From contig JACPHX010000016.1 of NCBI GenBank assembly GCA_016188425.1, forward strand, positions 22,161 to 86,160: DNA of 64,000 nt, read 5' to 3'. Made by a program: the position numbers and the translations under genes. The DNA comes from Candidatus Uhrbacteria bacterium. Lineage in GTDB: Bacteria > Patescibacteriota > Patescibacteriia > UBA9934 > GWF2-40-263. Position 1 is the stretch's first letter. Each line of letters opens with the position of its first letter. The notes beneath the pieces are model-generated. The model was given only the letters and a program-made list of their open reading frames with translations, was not told where the DNA came from and did no database searches. This document shows, in pieces, positions 1-8,354 of this stretch.

Positions 1-344
1 AGAAAAACTGAAATCGTCTAATTTGAGGGAAAAATCATAGATGATGTTGAACGACATTCCTGTTCATCTACAAGATATCCACAGATATAAAATCCGCTCG
101 CATGCTGCGAAATACTGACATGGTTTAAACGCAGAGCATCGAATGACTATAGATGAGCGCGAGGAGAGAGATTTTTCTTGCCTTGTGGGCAAGAGACGCT
201 CGTTACAATCACCCGATACGAACCATGCGGCATCCCGCAGCGTGCCAACGGATATTACAGACAAAGTTTACGGGGATATTTTGAATCGAACAAGAGGGGA
301 AAAAAGGTGCCGGATATGCCCCCCCGCATACCCGGCTACGACGA

Positions 345-1478
345 TTACATAGTTACGGTCGCCTGCAAACGGCGTTCCGTATCCGGTTCCGGCCGTGGAG
401 ATTTCTCGGCTGCCAAGGCGGCCAAGTGGACTCGCGAGGGCGACGGTTTGTATCCGCTGGGAGGCCGCCACGTGAGGATGCTTTGGCGTTCCCCCTCTTG
501 CTGCTCGGGCCACACTTTTTCGTCGCGGTCGCTTTCCAGGACATGGATCCTGGAAAAAATCCTCTCCTGGAAACAGCGGGCCGAAAATCCCACCTGCCCC
601 TCACGAGCCTCTGCCATCTCGAGATTGAAACGGCTTGCCTCCAAGAGGGACTGCTCCGACCATCGCTTTTGCTCTGGCCAAAACTCGATCCACACCGATC
701 GACGAAACGCCCGATCCAAAGAAAGGATCGCTGCCGTTTCATCCCACATCGAGACACCCGCCCACACTTTCCATAACCCGATCGCACGAACGGGCTTCCG
801 AGGCGAGGGGACGAGACCATCCCTTCGTTGGCATGCCACCCGCACGACGGCCGGCCCTTGAGGCCAACGGGTCGTGTCGGGAAACGAAACCACGGGGGAA
901 GATACCATGCCAGCGGGAAGCATCGTGCCGTCTTGCACGCGCATTTCCCGCGCCGAAGAAATCAATGGCTCCCGCTTCGCGGGCAAGTACTCGAACTGGT
1001 CCCTCCACTCGGGCGGGGAGAGGAGCGACCACGGGTTGAGATCCGCTGGCAGCTTCCCCAAACGCTGAAGGAATGCTGGCAGGGATTGGAACTTCCCCGG
1101 GCCTCCCGGACGCCCCTTCACGCACCAAAAGCACCGAACGTATGGCTCCCAAGAACCAACGTGGTTCTCTCCCGTGAGGTACAAGCTGGCAAAACCAACG
1201 TGCTCGGATCGCCGGAGCGGCCACCCGATCGGCCACTCCAAAGAGCAGCCACCACATCGAACCATCTCGCTTTTCTTCATTTGGTTGGTGTCTCCTACTT
1301 CCACCACCCTGCTACCGTCTACGCCTACGGATGAACAGGGACCATGAGCAACGCGCTCTTCTCTACTTCCGCCTACGCCTGCGGAAGGGGCGAAGATACC
1401 ATGTTCAAACCTATTCGTCAAGCCAAAATCTTGGTAAAATGGAGACATATGGCTCGACGAAAAAAGCAAAAAGAACAA
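345..1478 (-). CDS. hypothetical protein (uncertain; longest ORF in a region with many overlapping high-GC ORFs)
   Basis: 377-aa ORF divergent from ftsK. No recognisable motif. The plus-strand ORF 178..861 is an alternative reading. The low-GC first ~340 bp may be non-coding. Confidence 0.25.
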   Translation of the reverse strand: MFFLLFSSSHMSPFYQDFGLTNRFEHGIFAPSAGVGGSREERVAHGPCSSVGVDGSRVVEVGDTNQMKKSEMVRCGGCSLEWPIGWPLRRSEHVGFASLYLTGENHVGSWEPYVRCFWCVKGRPGGPGKFQSLPAFLQRLGKLPADLNPWSLLSPPEWRDQFEYLPAKREPLISSAREMRVQDGTMLPAGMVSSPVVSFPDTTRWPQGPAVVRVACQRRDGLVPSPRKPVRAIGLWKVWAGVSMWDETAAILSLDRAFRRSVWIEFWPEQKRWSEQSLLEASRFNLEMAEAREGQVGFSARCFQERIFSRIHVLESDRDEKVWPEQQEGERQSILTWRPPSGYKPSPSRVHLAALAAEKSPRPEPDTERRLQATVTM

Positions 1479-3671
1479 GAAGATCTTGAACTATCCTTCT
1501 CCTCCACTGGTTTACACCCTGATACAAGGCGTGGCTTGCTCGCCCTGTGCGCCTTTGCCTTTTGTGCCCTCATCATCCTTTCATTCCTTGGACTGGCGGG
1601 GACTTTTGGCTTGTGGGTCTCCTCTTTTTTGTCTGTACTGTTTGGCATGGATCGCCTGCTGCTCATTCTCCTTTTCCTTGGGATTGGGTTCTCGCTTCTC
1701 TACCCGGAAAAATTCCGCATCTCTGTTATGGGAACCGTGGGAGTACTGCTTTTTTTCTTGAGTTTCAATGCCCTGCTGAATCTCCTCTTCCAAGACCAAA
1801 CGGCAGGCGGCCATGTCGGCTCCCTCCTTTCCACGAGTTTGCCCCACGCCCTAAGTTATTGGGGAAGCATCGTCATGTTGCTCTTCTCCACGCTGGCGGG
1901 AATCCTGCTTCTCTTCAACAAGCCGCTGCGCCATTTGTTTGTCCTCCCTTCACGCTCCCGTACGCAGGCTGCTGTATCCGACCCATTCCTTTCCACTGAT
2001 TCTGAATCCCCTTTTGATATTAAACTTACAGAGGACATAGAGGAGGAACCAACCCAATTGGATGAACCAATAGAACCAGAAGCGGAAACGGAACCGGAAG
2101 AAGAGGAACAGGAGGAGGAAAAAGTCCTAACCTCCAAACACCAACGAAAAGTGACGATTCCCCCCGATATTCTCGATTATCGCTCCAGTATTGCCAAATC
2201 CGGTGACTTGGAGCGGAACAGGCAAATCATTGGGAAAACGTTTTCCCAATTCGGTATCGATGTGGAGATGGGAGAGGAGTCGGTGGGGCCTACCGTGACC
2301 CAATTCACCCTGCGGCCTGCCCAAGGGGTAAAACTTTCTCGGATTGTCGGGCTTCAAAACGATTTGGCTCTGGCCCTCGCCGCCCACCCGATCCGCATTG
2401 AAGCCCCTATCCCGGGAAAGTCCTTGGTGGGAATTGAAATCCCCAACAAAACCGCCGCCACCGTCTCGCTGCGAGACATCATAGAGGCACGAGAATTCAC
2501 GCAACGAAAAACCGACCTCACTTTTGCCCTTGGCAAGGATGTCTCGGGTAAACCCTGGGTGGTCCCTCTGGAAAAAATGCCCCACATACTCGTCGCAGGT
2601 GCGACCGGTTCAGGAAAGAGCGTCTGCCTCAATAGCATCATCATCTCATTCCTGTACGCCAACGGACCAGACGATTTGAAATTGATCCTCGTTGACCCCA
2701 AGCGGGTGGAGTTGAACGCTTACGCCGGCATCCCCCACTTGCTTGTCCCGCCGATCATCAAGGCAGAAGACACGGTCAACGCCCTTAAATGGACGGTGCG
2801 CGAGATGGAACGCCGCCTGGACACGCTCTCAAAATTCGGGACGCGCGACATTGCTTCTTATAACAGCAAGAGCGAGGAGAAGATGCCGAAAATCGTCGTG
2901 ATCATCGATGAGCTGGCTGACCTTATGGCCGTCAGCGGACGGGAAGTGGAAGCGACGATCACCCGTATCGCCCAAATGTCGCGTGCGGTGGGTATCCACC
3001 TCGTGCTCGCGACCCAACGCCCGTCGGTAGACGTCATTACCGGCGTCATCAAAGCGAACATCCCCGCACGCATCGCCTTTGCCGTGGCCTCCCAGGTAGA
3101 TTCGAGAACCATCTTAGATTGCTCTGGTGCCGAAAAACTCCTTGGCCGCGGGGACATGCTCTTTAGCTCTGCGGAACTCTCAAAACCAAAACGTATCCAG
3201 GGTGCCTATGTTTCCGAGGAAGAGGTCGGTCGCGTGGTAGACTTTCTCAAAAAGCAAGGCGCTCCTGACTACAACTACAGCGTCACAGAAGTCGCACGTT
3301 CTTCCACCGTCATGGGCGACGACGGTGAGGCAGAGGATCCCCTCTTTGAAGAAGCTGTTGAAGCGATCCTCCAAGCCCAAAAAGCATCAACTTCTTTCCT
3401 TCAACGACGCCTGCGCATCGGCTATTCGCGTGCGGCCCGTCTTATTGATCTCCTTGAGGACCAGGGGGTCATTGGCGCGGGAGAGGGAGCAAAACCCCGC
3501 GAGGTGATCGTTGACAGTTGGCCGCCGGAAAAGGAAGCGGCACCAGCGAAGACCCAAAAGGCAACCCCACCCGGCCTCCCCTTTGCAGGGGAGGGGTTTG
3601 TGGCAGGGGAGGAGTCTACGAGTACGGGTGAGCGGAAGAAGGGAGTTGATGAGGAAGAGGAGGATGCGTAA
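1449..3671 (+). CDS. ftsK: DNA translocase FtsK/SpoIIIE
   Basis: N-terminal multi-TM region, acidic/Pro-rich linker, Walker A GATGSGKS, and a motor domain with C-terminal gamma-like winged helix (SFLQRRLRIGYSRAARLIDLLE). The ORF track start is 1344; ATG at 1449 is preferred because GGAGA lies 4-5 nt upstream. Confidence 0.9.
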   Translation: MARRKKQKEQEDLELSFSSTGLHPDTRRGLLALCAFAFCALIILSFLGLAGTFGLWVSSFLSVLFGMDRLLLILLFLGIGFSLLYPEKFRISVMGTVGVLLFFLSFNALLNLLFQDQTAGGHVGSLLSTSLPHALSYWGSIVMLLFSTLAGILLLFNKPLRHLFVLPSRSRTQAAVSDPFLSTDSESPFDIKLTEDIEEEPTQLDEPIEPEAETEPEEEEQEEEKVLTSKHQRKVTIPPDILDYRSSIAKSGDLERNRQIIGKTFSQFGIDVEMGEESVGPTVTQFTLRPAQGVKLSRIVGLQNDLALALAAHPIRIEAPIPGKSLVGIEIPNKTAATVSLRDIIEAREFTQRKTDLTFALGKDVSGKPWVVPLEKMPHILVAGATGSGKSVCLNSIIISFLYANGPDDLKLILVDPKRVELNAYAGIPHLLVPPIIKAEDTVNALKWTVREMERRLDTLSKFGTRDIASYNSKSEEKMPKIVVIIDELADLMAVSGREVEATITRIAQMSRAVGIHLVLATQRPSVDVITGVIKANIPARIAFAVASQVDSRTILDCSGAEKLLGRGDMLFSSAELSKPKRIQGAYVSEEEVGRVVDFLKKQGAPDYNYSVTEVARSSTVMGDDGEAEDPLFEEAVEAILQAQKASTSFLQRRLRIGYSRAARLIDLLEDQGVIGAGEGAKPREVIVDSWPPEKEAAPAKTQKATPPGLPFAGEGFVAGEESTSTGERKKGVDEEEEDA
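3558..3610. repeat. GC-rich hairpin element family 1 (CCTCCCCTT-GC-AGGGGAGG core), copy inside the 3' end of ftsK, in-frame
   Basis: The sequence ggcaaccccacccggcctcccctttgcaggggaggggtttgtgg is ~85% identical to 5572-5620 and shares its core with 52085-52135. It encodes ATPPGLPFAGEGFVAGEE in the FtsK C-tail. Confidence 0.6.
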
Positions 3672-3683
3672 GATGAAGGGCTT

Positions 3684-4349
3684 ATGGCCTTCCTTATACG
3701 AAAACTTGGCGACCAGGAGCCGCTGGGCTCGCGCTTGCGCACCCTGCGCAAGCTTGCCAACCGTACATTGTCCGAGCTCGAACAAGAGACAAAAATCCCA
3801 AAAAAAATCATCGCCGCCTTTGAAGAAAACGCCTACGACAAGCTCCCGGCTCCGATCTATTCCAGGCATCTGCTCCGCCTCATCGTCCGCACGCTCGGAG
3901 CGGAACCAGTCTATTTCATCGAACGCTTCGACTCGGAGCGTGGCACCAGCGATTTTCTCAAGGAAGCCCGCCTCCCTCTGCTGCGCCGCCGCGCGCGCGA
4001 TTTTTTCGTGCCAGCCAAACTTATCAAAGCCCTCCTCCTCTCTTCCTTGCTGGCCGCCTTCTTTGGCTATCTCGGCCTGGAGGTACGCGCAGCCATCTCT
4101 GCTCCTGTCCTTTCGGTCTACTCCCCAGACGACGGACTCGAGACCAAGGAGGCCCTCGTCCACATCGTCGGCGAAACCGAAACCCGCGCGCATGTGCGCG
4201 TGAACAACCGTCCTGTGCTCCTTTCCCCAGACGGCTCGTTTTCGACCGACGTTTTTCTGCGCCGCGGGGTGAATTTGATCACTATCGAGTCTGCAAAGCG
4301 GTATTCGCGGCCGACACAGGAGTATAGAAGAGTAATTTTTACGCCGTAA
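3684..4349 (+). CDS. RodZ-like cytoskeleton protein (N-terminal HTH, single TM)
   Basis: The HTH region LRTLRKLANRTLSELEQETKIPKKIIAAFEENAYDKLPAPIYSRHLLRLIVRTL resembles the RodZ XRE-type HTH. It is followed by a basic stretch and a TM helix LIKALLLSSLLAAFFGYLGL. Confidence 0.55.
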   Translation: MAFLIRKLGDQEPLGSRLRTLRKLANRTLSELEQETKIPKKIIAAFEENAYDKLPAPIYSRHLLRLIVRTLGAEPVYFIERFDSERGTSDFLKEARLPLLRRRARDFFVPAKLIKALLLSSLLAAFFGYLGLEVRAAISAPVLSVYSPDDGLETKEALVHIVGETETRAHVRVNNRPVLLSPDGSFSTDVFLRRGVNLITIESAKRYSRPTQEYRRVIFTP

Positions 4350-4390
4350 ACGAAGGGGGAGATACCAACGGGACAGGATCGGACGATGAG

Positions 4391-4449
4391 TCGCTGCTAA
4401 CTCTCGGGGTTAGCAGTGCCAACCCACAGAGTTAGCGCCGCATCTGTGG
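4391..4449. repeat. Palindromic element family 3 (GCTAAC-CTCGGGGTTAGCA-TGC), copy 1, intergenic between the rodZ-like gene and recA
   Basis: tcgctgctaactctcggggttagcagtgcc plus a second hairpin ccacagagttagcgccgcatctgtgg. Related to 35876-35922 (ctgctaacgctcggggtta, 24/26). Confidence 0.5.
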
Positions 4450-4514
4450 ACGACGCCTGTTGCGGGCTGTATGGGCTCTGCTAAGCTGGGGACACATTTC
4501 TCAAAAGCATACGT

Positions 4515-5561
4515 ATGCCAAAAATATCGGAACAGGACGGACGGTCACGGGCGGCCATGACGGCCATCAGCCAAATCAAGGAACGCTTCGGCGAAGGGTC
4601 GATTATGCGTTTGGGCGAGGCCAAGGCGATGAATATTGAGGCGCTTTCAACAGGATGTCTCTCCATCGACCAAACGCTTGGAATCGGCGGCGTCCCCCGC
4701 GGCCGTATTATTGAAATCTACGGCCCAGAATCATCTGGAAAATCCACGCTCGCCCAGCACATCGTCGCCGAGGCGCAGAAACGAGGCGGTATTGCTGCCT
4801 ATGTCGACGCGGAGCACGCGCTGGACCCGGAATACGCCGCAAAGATAGGCGTGAACATCAACGAACTCTTCATCTCCCAGCCGGATACGGGAGAACAGGC
4901 GCTTGAAATCGTCGAAACGCTCGTCCGCTCCAATGCGGTAGACGTCATCGTCATCGACTCGGTCGCCGCCCTCACGCCAAAGGCGGAAATCGAAGGAGAG
5001 ATGGGTGATTCCCACATGGGTCTCCAAGCCCGATTGATGAGCCAAGCGCTCCGCAAGCTCGCGGCCATCGTCAACAAATCCAAGACGACCGTCCTTTTTA
5101 TAAACCAGATCCGCATGAAAATCGGCGTAGTCTTCGGCAACCCCGAAACCACTCCGGGCGGCACGGCGCTCAAGTTCTACTCCTCCGTCCGTATCGAAAT
5201 CCGTCGCGCCGCCCAGATTAAGCAAGGCGACGCGATCATCGGCAACCGCGTAAAACTTAAGGTCGTTAAAAACAAGGTAGCTCCCCCTTTTCGCACTTGC
5301 GAGTTCGACATTATGTACAACGAGGGCATCTCGATCTCGGGTGACTTGCTCGATTTGGGAACCAGTACTGGTGCCCTCAACAAGAGTGGCAATTCCTATA
5401 GCTTCCAAGACACGAAACTGGGCGTCGGTCGCGAGGCGGCAAAGACGACGCTTCGAGCGGCGCCAGAACTCATGGCAGCCATCCGCAAGGCAATCGAGGG
5501 GAAGATGTTGGCGCCAGTAGTGGCGAACGACAGCGGGGAAAGTGAGGGGGATACGGAGTGA
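4515..5561 (+). CDS. recA: Recombinase RecA
   Basis: Full-length RecA signature: [18 protein letters not shown] Walker A, L1/L2 loops, and C-terminal acidic tail. Confidence 0.95.
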   Translation: MPKISEQDGRSRAAMTAISQIKERFGEGSIMRLGEAKAMNIEALSTGCLSIDQTLGIGGVPRGRIIEIYGPESSGKSTLAQHIVAEAQKRGGIAAYVDAEHALDPEYAAKIGVNINELFISQPDTGEQALEIVETLVRSNAVDVIVIDSVAALTPKAEIEGEMGDSHMGLQARLMSQALRKLAAIVNKSKTTVLFINQIRMKIGVVFGNPETTPGGTALKFYSSVRIEIRRAAQIKQGDAIIGNRVKLKVVKNKVAPPFRTCEFDIMYNEGISISGDLLDLGTSTGALNKSGNSYSFQDTKLGVGREAAKTTLRAAPELMAAIRKAIEGKMLAPVVANDSGESEGDTE

Positions 5562-5571
5562 GCACAAACTT

Positions 5572-5622
5572 CGGGCAACCCCACCCTGCCCTCCCCTTGG
5601 CAGGGGGGGGTTCTGTGTCGGA
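5572..5622. repeat. GC-rich hairpin element family 1, copy immediately downstream of the recA stop
   Basis: ttcgggcaaccccaccctgccctccccttggcagggggggttctgtg. The stem is ccctgccctcccctt/ggcaggggggg. It may also serve as the recA terminator hairpin, but there is no T-tract. Confidence 0.55.
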
Positions 5623-5691
5623 TTCGACAGCCCAACCTTCTGGAGGAGGGGCTTTTTATGAAAAAACAGACAATCTCTAGGAGACTGCCTG

Positions 5692-7458
5692 TCAGAATTG
5701 TACGACGGGACCGATAGCGGGAAGGCCGGTGACGAGGGAGCCGTTCATACGGGAACCGTTGATGAACAGGGCTACGGAGGACAGATCGTTGGCATGGCCA
5801 ACGCCGCTATCGCCGCCTCCATCCATGTCGAAGGATGGACAGGAGGGACCGGAGGAAGAAACGCAATCTTCCAAGAGGGTGTCTGCTTCCCCTTCTTCCA
5901 GGAGGGTCAATCGTATGAAATCATCCATAAGCCCGCTGATCGAGCCGCTATAGGAGAACGCAAGCGTCCGACATTGCTCTGGCGCCAACTGGATAGAAGG
6001 CGTCGTCGACGATCTCTCGAAATCGAACGCAAGGATATGCACGACTTCCGATGGATCGCATGCATCGTTGGCTACCGTTCCATCCAAGACAAAATGTTCG
6101 CCGTTCACGTAGAACGACACCCCGCTCTGGAGATCCCGCACATGCCATTGGAAGGAGCGCCAGAGCTGATCACACCGATTCCAACCCGTCCCCTCTCCAT
6201 CCGCGGAGTCCAAACGGAACAGGAGGCCGTCTACTCGCACCGGATCCTCGCCCGCGCACATATCCAGCCACAGGATATCGGATCCGCTCCCTACGACCCC
6301 GATGCCCGAGACGGCAGGTGAATTTGGGTTCACGGAAACCATCAGATGCGGCTCGTACAAACCGAACCTGGGAAGAGACACGGTCGCAAATGAGGAGCCA
6401 TCCAGCTCGCGCTTCGAATACTCCGCCTTCACCCGCATCGGATGCGCCGAAGCAGTCGTGAGACGCCACTGAATACCCTGGTAGGCAGGCCCAATCGGGA
6501 TATTGGCGATATCGGCGTAGACCCGGATCACGCCTTCCGTATTGAGCGGGACATACCCGGTAAGCCCAGCGAACACCGCTCGATTCCCTGCGGGAGTCAC
6601 GAACATTCGTTTCGTGACCCCATCCCGATCCTGATACTCCAGCCGAAGCCGCGTCGTCACGGCCGGATCCCCCCACTGCTCCCCTGCATCGGCGCAATCC
6701 CCATCGACATCCTGCACCCCGCTGCCCGTGAGGCAGTTGTGGAAAGACAGGGTGTCGAAGGAAAAAGGCTCGAGCGCGGAGCTCAGGATGATTTCACCCA
6801 GGAACATGCCGCGGGATCCAGGACTAAGCGGGCTCCCCTGCGGGGTACGCGCAGAAGGCAGGAACGTAAGCGTTCCTATCGGAGGCGGTGTCGTGTCGCG
6901 CACGACCAGAACGGTTCGCGCGGCCTCGTCCCCGCCCCCAGGATTCACCGTCACGGCAAACGTATCGTCATCCCAACTTTCGTTGGGAACATCCGCCACG
7001 TTGCAGCGATACTCCGCCTGAATCGCCTTGCGTACGGAAAGCGCCGTCGAAGGAAGCGCAAATGAGGTGTGGCCAGAGGCGCGCAAACGCCCACGAACAT
7101 CCACAGGGCTTCCAAGCCGACCCAGCGGCCACCAGCGCGGCGCGCTGGGAAGCACCAAGTGGCAATCCCCAAACCTCCGTGCGACGGGAATATCCGGCCC
7201 ATCAAAAGACTCATCGTCATCGTCGCCCGAAAGGATGCTCACGGTGAGCTGATCGATGGCTCCGTCGCCCCGCGAGATGTTTTCCAGATCGAACACGAGC
7301 AGCGCGGCATCCTTTTGCCCGCGCCACACCGTCGTCCGCGTCCCAGGAACCACATGCGTCACCCGCAACTGAAAGTGCGAAACCAGAAAGGGGGAGGCGA
7401 CCGCGGCGGTCGCACAGAAAAGCGAAACACCTGCGAAAATCCACCATTTTCGTTGCAT
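5692..7458 (-). CDS. secreted hypothetical protein (signal peptide)
   Basis: 588-aa ORF with N-terminal signal MQRKWWIFAGVSLFCATAAVASP. No recognised domain. Convergent with recA. Confidence 0.5.
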   Translation of the reverse strand: MQRKWWIFAGVSLFCATAAVASPFLVSHFQLRVTHVVPGTRTTVWRGQKDAALLVFDLENISRGDGAIDQLTVSILSGDDDDESFDGPDIPVARRFGDCHLVLPSAPRWWPLGRLGSPVDVRGRLRASGHTSFALPSTALSVRKAIQAEYRCNVADVPNESWDDDTFAVTVNPGGGDEAARTVLVVRDTTPPPIGTLTFLPSARTPQGSPLSPGSRGMFLGEIILSSALEPFSFDTLSFHNCLTGSGVQDVDGDCADAGEQWGDPAVTTRLRLEYQDRDGVTKRMFVTPAGNRAVFAGLTGYVPLNTEGVIRVYADIANIPIGPAYQGIQWRLTTASAHPMRVKAEYSKRELDGSSFATVSLPRFGLYEPHLMVSVNPNSPAVSGIGVVGSGSDILWLDMCAGEDPVRVDGLLFRLDSADGEGTGWNRCDQLWRSFQWHVRDLQSGVSFYVNGEHFVLDGTVANDACDPSEVVHILAFDFERSSTTPSIQLAPEQCRTLAFSYSGSISGLMDDFIRLTLLEEGEADTLLEDCVSSSGPSCPSFDMDGGGDSGVGHANDLSSVALFINGSRMNGSLVTGLPAIGPVVQF

Positions 7459-7577
7459 GTAAAGAACTCCTCTCCGAAATAATAGCGCAAGATTGCGCTA
7501 GAAAAACTATAGCTTTTTATGGGGGAGGAGGCAACAAAAAGGCGGGGGCAGGGACCCCGCCTATTCTCTATTGGATC

Positions 7578-8144
7578 TTATTCGTTCACGCGTTCGACAT
7601 ATTCACCGTCTTCAGTGTTTACGATGATATGGTCGCCTTGGTTGATAAAAATGGGGACGCGAACGGTAAGCCCATTGTCCATTTTTGCTTCTTTCCGCAC
7701 GTTTCCCGAAGCGGTATCCCCTTTCACGGCCGGTTCGGTCTCGACTACGGCGTAGGTGATCTTCTTGGGAAGCTCGATCGTCAACGGCGTTTCCCCATGG
7801 ATGACCACCGTCACCTCCAACCCTTCTTTGAGGTAGTTCACATCATCGCCAACATCTTCCTTCGTGAGCGAAATCTGTTCATAGTTTTGGGTATCCATGA
7901 ACGTGTACAGAGAGCCGTCTGTGAAAAGATACTGCATCTTTTTGTACATGACATCCTCAAACGCCACGGATTCCGCTGACTTGAACACGTGTTCAACCAC
8001 CTTGCCGGATCGAAGATTTTTGATGCGCGTGCGCACGAACGAGCTCCCTTTGCCGGGGGAGACGCGCTGAAAAGAAATGACGACGTTGAGGTCGCCAGAA
8101 AGGTTGATGACCGTACCTTTTTTGATGTCGTTGGGGGAAGACAT
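7578..8144 (-). CDS. efp: Elongation factor P
   Basis: 188 aa from the internal Met (MSSPNDIKKGTVINL...). The KOW-like N-domain has a conserved SPGKGSSF loop (modifiable Lys), and there are OB domains II/III. The ORF track ORF is N-extended to 8255, probably spuriously. No SD. Confidence 0.9.
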   Translation of the reverse strand: MSSPNDIKKGTVINLSGDLNVVISFQRVSPGKGSSFVRTRIKNLRSGKVVEHVFKSAESVAFEDVMYKKMQYLFTDGSLYTFMDTQNYEQISLTKEDVGDDVNYLKEGLEVTVVIHGETPLTIELPKKITYAVVETEPAVKGDTASGNVRKEAKMDNGLTVRVPIFINQGDHIIVNTEDGEYVERVNE

Positions 8145-8167
8145 AGGGGGGTGGAGAATGGAGAATG

Positions 8168-8220
8168 GGGAGTGTCCGGCGGAGCCGGATCCGGCTCCGC
8201 CGGAGAGCATGACGGAGGGG
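8168..8220. repeat. Palindromic element family 2, copy A (perfect 30-bp palindrome tccggcggagccggatccggctccgccgga), intergenic epmA-efp
   Basis: A 36-bp core gtgtccggcggagccggatccggctccgccggagag is identical to 15590-15625. Flanks are also similar (ggg.gtgtccgg ... ggagag.(c/a)(a/g)tgacgg). Confidence 0.8.
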
Positions 8221-8242
8221 GGAGGGAGAGTGGAGGAAAAAA

Positions 8243-8347
8243 AGACAAAGGGCAAGGGGCGAAGGGCTAAGGTTAAGGGATGGAAAGTTTTTTATTCCGA
8301 TCGGTGGCTTCTTCCACCCTTCGACCTTCGCCCTTTGACCTTCGACC
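8243..8347. repeat. Imperfect long inverted repeat built from phased 7-mers (xAAGGGx x5 ... CGACCTT x5)
   Basis: acaaagggcaaggggcgaagggctaaggttaaggg ... cacccttcgaccttcgccctttgaccttcgacc in the 210-bp IGR between epmA and efp. Could form a ~30-bp stem. Confidence 0.55.
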
Positions 8348-8354
8348 TGTCTCC

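Noticed and set aside
1-340. Low-GC first ~340 bp (lacking a convincing ORF) as a possible ncRNA (for example RNase P, SRP, 6S or tmRNA)
   Set aside because: I could not recognise any conserved core motifs of the common housekeeping RNAs by eye. It may be a promoter/leader or the edge of a gene cut by the window. Left unannotated.
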